NCBI GenBank assembly: GCA_039630545.1
Contig: JBCNUU010000010.1
Location: 1 to 38,157, forward strand
Direction of reading: 5' to 3'
From: Endomicrobiia bacterium
GTDB lineage: Bacteria > Elusimicrobiota > Endomicrobiia > DTEH01
Length of the DNA: 38,157 bases
Below are positions 18,717 through 26,251 of this stretch, piece after piece; the stretch's first letter is position 1; each line of letters begins with the position of its first letter. A program made the position numbers and the translations under genes. Below the pieces are notes generated by a model that saw only the letters and a list, made by a program, of their open reading frames with translations, was not told the origin of the DNA and ran no database searches.

Positions 18717-20230
18717 TTATTTCTTTTTTTCAATTACTTCTGGTTCTATAGTAAAACTTCTTTGTCTTTCTATCTGTTCTTTTATAAATTTACTTCTATC
18801 TATTGTAATTTCACCAGCATTTAATAAATCACGAATAGTTGCAATAATTTTTTCTGTTCAGTTTTTATAACTTTTTCTCCAACTTCACCTAAAAGGTCCA
18901 TCTGCTCTGCTAACATCGCACGCCCACCTTCTGTCAGACAATCCATAACTTTATTTTTTATTTCATCTGAAGCACCTTTTAAAGCTATTGCCAAAGAAAT
19001 TCCTCTCCTTTGGATTTCACGAATAATTTTTTGAAGTGTTGTTTTATCAAGAAATAAAATATCTTCAAATAAGAATATTTTCTCCCTCAATTTTTCAGCT
19101 AAAGATGGATTTTGAATAGACAAAGTTTGCAAGATATCCTCTTGAACATCTTTGTCTGCTTGATCTAATAAGGATAAAAAGTATTCTTCACCTCCTATAC
19201 AATAGTCAATTCTTGACTTTATATTATTTTCAATTTCCTGGACTTCTTTAGGATCTGGAAGTTTAACAGAAGCAAGTTCTAAAGCTACTTTTGCTTGAGT
19301 TTTTTGATCTAACATCATCATAAATTCTGAAACTAAATCAGGAGGTAAATAATTTAATACAAGTGCTATAGTGGAAGGTGCTTCGTCCTTTATAAGATAC
19401 CATAAATTTTTAAGATTAGACCTATTTATAAAATCAAAAAGTTTCCTCTGTGTTTTCTCTTCTTTTTTTCCACCCACAGTTAGTTCAAATGTACCTCCTC
19501 CAAAACCTCCTTGAGGAGCTGGCAAACCCGGAATCTCAACACCAGGTAATAAGCCAGTCTGAGTTTGTCCTGAAATTTCTGTTTTCTCAGTACTTCTAAG
19601 TCTAGCATCTGCTTCTATTCTTAACTGGACAGCTTTAACTATGGTTTTAAAGAAATGAGTAACAGGACCAAATAAAAATAAAGCAATTACAAAAATTATA
19701 AATGGAATATATAAATGAGGTAACATTTGTTCTAATATCATCTGCCATGTAGGTGTTTTTTGAAACTGAATCCTTGTTACATTAATAGTATCTCCACGCA
19801 TTGTGTTTAAACCTAAAAATGAAGGAAGTTCTGTTTTTATTCTATTTACTATATTTTCTGGTAAACTTACATCTACTGCTACATTGATAATAATTCTATC
19901 TATTACAAGTTGCATAGGTAAATTAGTAGCAGGATTTGTTATCGGAAGATATGAATATGTAACACCAGGTAGATATTCTTCTTCTCTAATATACAACCCA
20001 GGGTATTGCTGCTTACTTAAATCTATGTTGCTTGCAGGTGTCTGTTCTGGAGTTTTTATTTCTACAGTTACTAATACGACAAAATTTTTACTTCCTATTA
20101 TTTTTAAAACTATGTCCTCAACTTTCTGCTGGATTGATTTTTCAAGATTAATTTTTTCTTCAGTTAAAGTTAATGTAAAACTGTGGGATATTATTACCAA
20201 GAGAATTAATGTTAGTGCTATCTTTTTCAT
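18717..20230 (-). CDS. fliG: Fusion protein: signal peptide/anchor, FliF-like ring-building domain, TM helix, FliG middle and C-terminal domains; frameshifted by one missing base in the T6 run at 18848-18853
   Basis: FliF RBM3-like LEKSIQQKVEDIVLKIIGSKNFVVLVTV...IDRIIINVAVD...LGLNTMRGDTINV; TM at aa ~173-190; FliG-like FDF..EAPSTIALVLNYL, GG linker, IFLFEDI, LAIALKGAS. One extra A restores QKKIIATIRDLLNAGEI (FliG terminal helix) and extends to a stop at 18717 (504 aa). Confidence 0.85.
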
Positions 20231-20239
20231 GAAAACAAA

Positions 20240-21340
20240 TTATATAAATTCAACTAAAATTTGATTAGCTACAAATTTATATTTTGAGGGGATTATTAAA
20301 TAATTATCCTCTCTTTTCAACTTTCCTTCTTTGATTAACTTTTTTATTATTGTATTATACTTCCTTTGAATACTTTTATTTATTAACAACCCTTTAGTAG
20401 TTCTTAGTGCTAATATTATTTTTTCTTTTAGAGCAACTTCGTCAGGAATGTTTTCTACTTCATATTTAAAGTTCAGGTTTATATACTCCTCTACTTTCGA
20501 TACATTAGTTATGCGTTTTTTATTTAAAAAAGATACTGATGATGTACCTATCCCTATATATTCTTTCCTTCTCCAGTAATTCAGATTATGTAAACATTCA
20601 TATCCACTTTTAGCAAAGTTAGATATCTCATATATATTATAATTATTTTTTGATAAAAAATCAACTATTATTTCATACATCTTCGCTTGCAAATCTTCAT
20701 CAGGAAAATATTTACATTTATAAAAATAACTCCCTTCCTCTATAGTTAAAGCATAACAGGATACATGAGTTGGATTAAACTTTACTGTAAATTCTAAATC
20801 CTGTATTACATCTTTAATTTTTTGGCCAGGAAGTCCAAAAATAAGATCAAAGTTATAGTTACAAAATCCTAATTTTTCAAAAATTTTAACGGCACTTATT
20901 ACATTTTCTATTGTATGTATTCTACCAATGGATTTAAGAATTTTGTCATTAAAACTCTGAACACCTAAACTTAACCTTATATTTTTAGTTAACGAGAAAA
21001 ATAAATTTTTTATCTCTGCTAATTTAAATTCGGTTACACTTTCAGGATTAAATTCTATTGTTATTTCTTTTAGATTTTTAAAATCGAAATGTCTTATTAA
21101 GATATAAAATAAGTTTTCAATCTGCGTTTCATTTAATAAAGAAGGTGTACCGCCACCTATATAAAGAGTAACTATCTGTGGATTTGTTATTAAAAATTTA
21201 TTAAAAAAACAAATTATCTCTTTTTCTATCGAATTGATATAACTATCTAGAAGTTCTAAATTATTAATAGAATAAAAATCACAGTAATAACATTTAGACC
21301 TACAGAATGGAATGTGAACATATAGTCCGTACTTCTTCAT
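20240..21340 (-). CDS. hemW: Radical SAM heme chaperone HemW (HemN-like)
   Basis: LYVHIPFCRSKCYYCDF, GGGTPS, RLSLGVQSF, DLIFGLPGQ, YEISNFA, HNLNYW. Confidence 0.92.
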   Translation of the reverse strand: MKKYGLYVHIPFCRSKCYYCDFYSINNLELLDSYINSIEKEIICFFNKFLITNPQIVTLYIGGGTPSLLNETQIENLFYILIRHFDFKNLKEITIEFNPESVTEFKLAEIKNLFFSLTKNIRLSLGVQSFNDKILKSIGRIHTIENVISAVKIFEKLGFCNYNFDLIFGLPGQKIKDVIQDLEFTVKFNPTHVSCYALTIEEGSYFYKCKYFPDEDLQAKMYEIIVDFLSKNNYNIYEISNFAKSGYECLHNLNYWRRKEYIGIGTSSVSFLNKKRITNVSKVEEYINLNFKYEVENIPDEVALKEKIILALRTTKGLLINKSIQRKYNTIIKKLIKEGKLKREDNYLIIPSKYKFVANQILVEFI

Positions 21341-21861
21341 ATAGTAGTTTCTAAAATTTTTTTTAAATAATGTCTTACCTTTTCTATATCTACATCAGTA
21401 TTAATACAGGGTTTCTCTAATATAGTATTAGGGATTCCAATTATAGCATAATTAAAATTATCTCTTATCCCAGCAATCAATTCTTCTTCACATGCTACTG
21501 CTATTGTATAGTCCGGGTTTATGGCTTTTAAATATAATTTAGCTATTTGTGAGCCAGAAGCTATTTTTATCTTAACATCTATATTCTTAGAAAGATTCTC
21601 TTTTATCTTTATTATATCTTTTATCTTACACCTGCCACATAGTTTACAGTTATCTATGGAATTTACACAAGAAGAATTTTGCAAACATTTTGGAAGCAAA
21701 AATAAAATTTTTTTAAAAAATTTTTTTGAATGTTTAATTGATATTTTATTGTTAATTTCAATAAGCCAACATAATAACTTCTTTTTTTTAGAATAAGAAA
21801 CAAAATTAGTAAAAAATAGATAAATATTTAATACAATATAGTGAAAAATAAATTTTATCAT
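21337..21861 (-). CDS. DUF116 family Cys-rich protein
   Basis: LLPKCLQNSSC, CKLCGRCKI, AVACEEEL..GI, PCINT; commonly adjacent to fmt. Confidence 0.82.
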   Translation of the reverse strand: MIKFIFHYIVLNIYLFFTNFVSYSKKKKLLCWLIEINNKISIKHSKKFFKKILFLLPKCLQNSSCVNSIDNCKLCGRCKIKDIIKIKENLSKNIDVKIKIASGSQIAKLYLKAINPDYTIAVACEEELIAGIRDNFNYAIIGIPNTILEKPCINTDVDIEKVRHYLKKILETTI

Positions 21862-22811
21862 ATAAACCTGTCAAATTTTTTTACTCTATAACCGCATATA
21901 AACTGTGCAGCAGTTATAGGATTTTTGTTTTCTGGCTGGAGTTTTAATACCTTAAGAATGCTATTATTACCACATAATACTAATATAAAATCTTTAGCTA
22001 CCTCTATTATTGTACCACATGAAATTTTTTCATTTGAGTTAAACTTTTCCTCCCAAGGTATAGTTTGTAGTATTTTTACATTTAAAATTTTATTGTTAAA
22101 TTCCAACTTAGTTGAAGCTTTAGGCCAACTAACTAATGCTCTTACTATGTTATGAATCTTCCAGGCATCAAAATTCCAATTTATTATGCCATCACTTTTT
22201 TTGAGTAGAGGTGCATAAGTTGGATGTCCTTGTTGAGGAATTCTAATAATCTGGTTAGATAAAATTCTGATTATAGTTTCATATAATAACCCTTTAGCTT
22301 TCCTTATTAACCTTTCAGATAAACTATAGAAGTCATCTTGAATAGTTACGGTTTCTTGTTCTTGCAAAAATATATCACCGGTGTCCATGCCTTCATCTAA
22401 CCAAAATATCGTTACACCTGTTACACTATCTCCATTCATTAAACACCATTGAACGGGTGCCGCACCTCTATATTTAGGCAACAAGGAAAAATGTATATTT
22501 AACATTCCATATTTGTGAAGTTTTATTATTTTTTCTGGTATAATTTTACCATATGATACAACTATACTAAAATCAATATCTTTTATTATGCTTAAAATCT
22601 CATCTGATTCTAAACTTTCAGGAGTTAATACTTTAATATTATTTTTTTCTGATAAAATTTTTATTAAAGAGGGTTTAATCTTTAATCCCCTGCCAGAGGG
22701 TTTATCCGGTTGAGTTATTACATATGACACTTTTATATTTTTATTATTTATAAGATCTTCAAGAAAAGGCACAGAAAAGTAAGAAGAAGAACCCCAGAAA
22801 ATAACTTTCAT
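21858..22811 (-). CDS. fmt: Methionyl-tRNA formyltransferase
   Basis: TQPDKPSGRG, VVSYG, NIHFSLLPKYRGAAP, GMDTGD. Confidence 0.97.
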   Translation of the reverse strand: MKVIFWGSSSYFSVPFLEDLINNKNIKVSYVITQPDKPSGRGLKIKPSLIKILSEKNNIKVLTPESLESDEILSIIKDIDFSIVVSYGKIIPEKIIKLHKYGMLNIHFSLLPKYRGAAPVQWCLMNGDSVTGVTIFWLDEGMDTGDIFLQEQETVTIQDDFYSLSERLIRKAKGLLYETIIRILSNQIIRIPQQGHPTYAPLLKKSDGIINWNFDAWKIHNIVRALVSWPKASTKLEFNNKILNVKILQTIPWEEKFNSNEKISCGTIIEVAKDFILVLCGNNSILKVLKLQPENKNPITAAQFICGYRVKKFDRFI

Positions 22812-22813
22812 TT

Positions 22814-23323
22814 CTAAAATTTATGTTTACCTAAAAAATATAAAACATAAAATTTTAACCTTTTATCAGCAGACATTCTTTGAATAAAGCTTATACCATT
22901 GATGTGATCTATTTCATGTTGCAAAACTCTGCTTAATAAATTATTAACTATAATTTTATTTTTCTTACCATTTATATCAAAATATTCAACTTCTATAGTT
23001 TCTGCTCTTTTTATTCTTTCATAGTAACCCGGAAAAGAAAGACAACCTTCTTCAGCATCTATTTTTTTGCTGCTATATTGTAAAATTTTAGGATTAATGA
23101 GAGCAAATGACGTTGATTTTACATTTTTCTCTTTATAACTAATATCTACAACCACTATTTGTAAATCTATTCCAACTTGATTTGCCGCCAATCCTATACC
23201 GTTATATGCATACATCGTCTCAAACATATCTCTTACAATATGTTTCAATTCTGAATTAAATTTCTCTACAGGAGAAAGTTTTCTTTTTAAAAGTGGATGT
23301 GGATATTTTATAAGTGGTAACAT
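22814..23323 (-). CDS. def: Peptide deformylase
   Basis: GIGLAANQVG, EGCLS, QHEIDHING. Confidence 0.97.
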   Translation of the reverse strand: MLPLIKYPHPLLKRKLSPVEKFNSELKHIVRDMFETMYAYNGIGLAANQVGIDLQIVVVDISYKEKNVKSTSFALINPKILQYSSKKIDAEEGCLSFPGYYERIKRAETIEVEYFDINGKKNKIIVNNLLSRVLQHEIDHINGISFIQRMSADKRLKFYVLYFLGKHKF

Positions 23324-23327
23324 AAGT

Positions 23328-23645
23328 TTACTTTGTTGTTATTTCTTTAATCCATTTTAAATATTCTTTGTTCGCCTTATATATTTCAAAAGAAATAATT
23401 TCTGGAATTTTGTAAGGGTGTATTTTTTTGATCTCTTCAATAATTTTGTTTACTAATGTCTTTTTTGTTTTTATTAGGAGCAAATCCTCTTTATCTTTAC
23501 ATATTTTATTTTCCCACCAGTAAAAAGAATTCACATTTCTTACTCTATTAACACAAGCTACTAGTTTATTTTTTAAAATATAATTAATTATTTTATCCAC
23601 AGACTTTGCAGGAACTGAAGTTATCACCATAACAAAGTTTTTCAT
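23328..23645 (-). CDS. cutA: Divalent-cation tolerance protein CutA
   Basis: LVACVN, SFYWWENKI, IKT, HPYKIPEII, YLKWI; ATG at 23645 overlaps the upstream stop. Confidence 0.92.
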   Translation of the reverse strand: MKNFVMVITSVPAKSVDKIINYILKNKLVACVNRVRNVNSFYWWENKICKDKEDLLLIKTKKTLVNKIIEEIKKIHPYKIPEIISFEIYKANKEYLKWIKEITTK

Positions 23646-26161
23646 TTTTTTATCCACTCGTTCAGTTTAGTTATATACTCACTTAGCAATCTTTGAGTAT
23701 CTTTTTCTTTTTGAGTTTCTACATATATGTGTAAATATGCCTCATCTGGGTCAGGCAAAAATAATATCCAATCTTTATTGCCCATCCATATTTTTACACC
23801 ATCTATTAACTCAATTTTATAATTTTTGTGTTCTTCTATTAATTTTCTTATAACAAAACCTTTATTTTCCCAACTACAGGAAATTTTACTGTGGACTACA
23901 TTAAAGTCAGGTATTTCTCTTTTTATTCTGGAAATTTTAGTATCCTGTTTACTTAAAAGCTCTAAAATTTTTCCGATAGCAAACATTCCATCAAATGCTG
24001 GTTGGAACTCTGGAAAAATGTATCCTCCTAATCCATCTGCAATAAATTTTACATTTTCTTTTCTTGCTTCTTCTCTTAAATATCTCGGCAAAGTTTTACT
24101 CCAGACAACTTCAATATCTTTATGAAAAGAAGCAATAATTTCATTAACTACATTAGAAAAATATACTGGCAAAGCAATTTTAAATTTTTCTTCTTTAATG
24201 GAGGCTATTCTTAACAACAAAATTACCATTGATGCTAACTGATTGTCTAAAACTTTACCTTTGTCGTCTACTATATAAATTTTTTCAGCCCCGTTATCTA
24301 ACATGAATCCAACATCTGCATCTAAGGTAGTCACTATATTAGAAAGCTGCTCTAAGGCGTAGTTGAGTTCTTTTTCTGTCCTTGCAATTTTAGAACTATC
24401 TACAAAAGCATTTAAAGACACAACTTCAACACCTAGTTCACCTAAGATAGAAGGGAAAATATTTACTGCAGTAGAATATGAGTAATCTATCACAACTTTT
24501 AATCTTGCTTTTTTAATTGTCTCCACATCTAAAGATTTTAAATATCCGTCTCTATAATACTCATATGCCCTTGGAGGTAAGACAATTTCTCCTACTTCTT
24601 CTAAAGAAGCTCTAGGAAAATCTTCTCTTAAAAACAACTGTTCTATACTTTTTTCCTGTGCAACAGAAATATCATTTCCATTCCTATCAAAAAATCTTAT
24701 TTCAATAATATTTGGATTGTAAGGCGATAACCTCACATGTAAACCACCGTCTACATTTTCTTTACCAACTTCATATCTGACCACAGGAATCGGAGCTGCT
24801 CGCAAATCGCCTACTTTCACTCCTGCAGACAACAACCCAGAAATCATACTGCGTTTTATCATCCTGGAGGCTTTATGAGCATCTCTTGAAGTGATTACAT
24901 TTTTACCTCTGCCAATAAGACTGCCAAAAGCCGCTCCTAATTTGCATGCAAATTCAGGTGAAATTTCTGAATTTAAAAGTCCTGAAACCCCCATAGAACC
25001 AAAAAGAACTCTATTCCATTTTTCTTGCCATATTAAACTGGTAGATACCGTTGCTCCTTCCTCAACTATTTTTTTAGGCCATATTTTAATATTTGCTTTT
25101 ATGTGAGAATTATTTTGAATATCACACTCTTCTCCTATCACCGAATTAACTTCTACAACAACATTATCGCCTATCTTTGTATTATAGTGAATTATGCTTT
25201 CTTTAATAGAAGTATTTTTTCCTACATAAACATTATTCATTATTATACTTCCAAATATCACACAATCATTTTCTATCACACAATTATCACCTATTACTGA
25301 ACGGTTTATGACTACATTATTACCTATTTTAGTATTTTTCCCAATAACTACATATTTATCACAGACAAAATTCTCTCCTATGGTAGTGTTATCTCCTACA
25401 ACAAATTCAGTGTTGTTTATTTTAGTAATTCTTCCATCTATAGAAATATTAACCTTCTTCTCTAAAATATCATAATGACAAAATCTATACTCTTGAAGAG
25501 TACCTACATCTTTCCAATATCCATCTAGTACACATGCATATAAAGGAAGATTATTTTCTAAAAGTTTTGGAAATAAATCCTTTGAAAAATCAAAAAAGGT
25601 ATCTTTAGGAATATATTCAAAAATTTCTTTATTAAACATATAAATCCCAGTATTTACTTTATCAGAAAATACTTCACTCCATGTTGGTTTTTCTAAAAAC
25701 TTTTTTATTCTAAAATCTTCGTCATATATCACTATACCATAGTTTAAAGGATTTTCCACACTTGTAAGTACAATAGTTGCTAAAGAATTTTTATTTTCAT
25801 GAAATTCTATTAATTTTTTTAGATCTAAATCTGTAATGATATCAGCTGAAATTACCATAAATTTATCTTCCTTTACATAATCCCTTGCAAATCCAACAGC
25901 ACCACAGGTACCATAATCTCCATCAGGTAAGATATACCTTATTTTCACTCCAAAATTCTCGCCATTGCCAAAGTATTTAGTTATATATTCATGTTGATAA
26001 AACAGTAACACAATCAAGTCATCAATATTATATCTTTTAAGTAGTCTTATAACATGTTCCATCATAGGTTTGTTAACTACAGGTACCATTGGCTTAGGTA
26101 TAATACTAGTTAATGGCCTTAATCTTGTGCCAAATCCACCTGCCATTATTATCGCTTGCAT
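23642..26161 (-). CDS. Mannose-1-phosphate guanylyltransferase-like protein with left-handed beta-helix and phosphomannomutase-like domain
   Basis: AGGFGTRLRPLT..PKP, FLEKP, FDFSKDLFP, YWKDVG, hexapeptide repeats, then PGM/PMM fold (LFG..GVSG..N, AFDGM, DGVK); SD AAGGAG upstream. Confidence 0.9.
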   Translation of the reverse strand: MQAIIMAGGFGTRLRPLTSIIPKPMVPVVNKPMMEHVIRLLKRYNIDDLIVLLFYQHEYITKYFGNGENFGVKIRYILPDGDYGTCGAVGFARDYVKEDKFMVISADIITDLDLKKLIEFHENKNSLATIVLTSVENPLNYGIVIYDEDFRIKKFLEKPTWSEVFSDKVNTGIYMFNKEIFEYIPKDTFFDFSKDLFPKLLENNLPLYACVLDGYWKDVGTLQEYRFCHYDILEKKVNISIDGRITKINNTEFVVGDNTTIGENFVCDKYVVIGKNTKIGNNVVINRSVIGDNCVIENDCVIFGSIIMNNVYVGKNTSIKESIIHYNTKIGDNVVVEVNSVIGEECDIQNNSHIKANIKIWPKKIVEEGATVSTSLIWQEKWNRVLFGSMGVSGLLNSEISPEFACKLGAAFGSLIGRGKNVITSRDAHKASRMIKRSMISGLLSAGVKVGDLRAAPIPVVRYEVGKENVDGGLHVRLSPYNPNIIEIRFFDRNGNDISVAQEKSIEQLFLREDFPRASLEEVGEIVLPPRAYEYYRDGYLKSLDVETIKKARLKVVIDYSYSTAVNIFPSILGELGVEVVSLNAFVDSSKIARTEKELNYALEQLSNIVTTLDADVGFMLDNGAEKIYIVDDKGKVLDNQLASMVILLLRIASIKEEKFKIALPVYFSNVVNEIIASFHKDIEVVWSKTLPRYLREEARKENVKFIADGLGGYIFPEFQPAFDGMFAIGKILELLSKQDTKISRIKREIPDFNVVHSKISCSWENKGFVIRKLIEEHKNYKIELIDGVKIWMGNKDWILFLPDPDEAYLHIYVETQKEKDTQRLLSEYITKLNEWIKK

Positions 26162-26251
26162 GTGTTTTTTCTCCTTAAAAATGAAAACATTGAAAAATTT
26201 TAATTTTTTATATAAAATTAAAAAATGTAATTCAACTGAAAAATTAAGTCT

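Noticed and set aside
18840..18860. Programmed -1 ribosomal frameshift in the FliG-domain gene
   Set aside because: CAG AAA AAA TTA is not a canonical X XXY YYZ heptamer in frame and I see no clear downstream stimulatory hairpin; an indel or error is simpler
18821..20230. MgtE N-terminal domain protein or injectisome SctJ ring as alternative identities for the fusion
   Set aside because: FliG-specific motifs appear in the correct order (FDF, ExP.TIAL, GG, xFxFED, ALKGA, terminal GEI); there are no CBS or MgtE membrane domains, no lipobox and no T3SS genes
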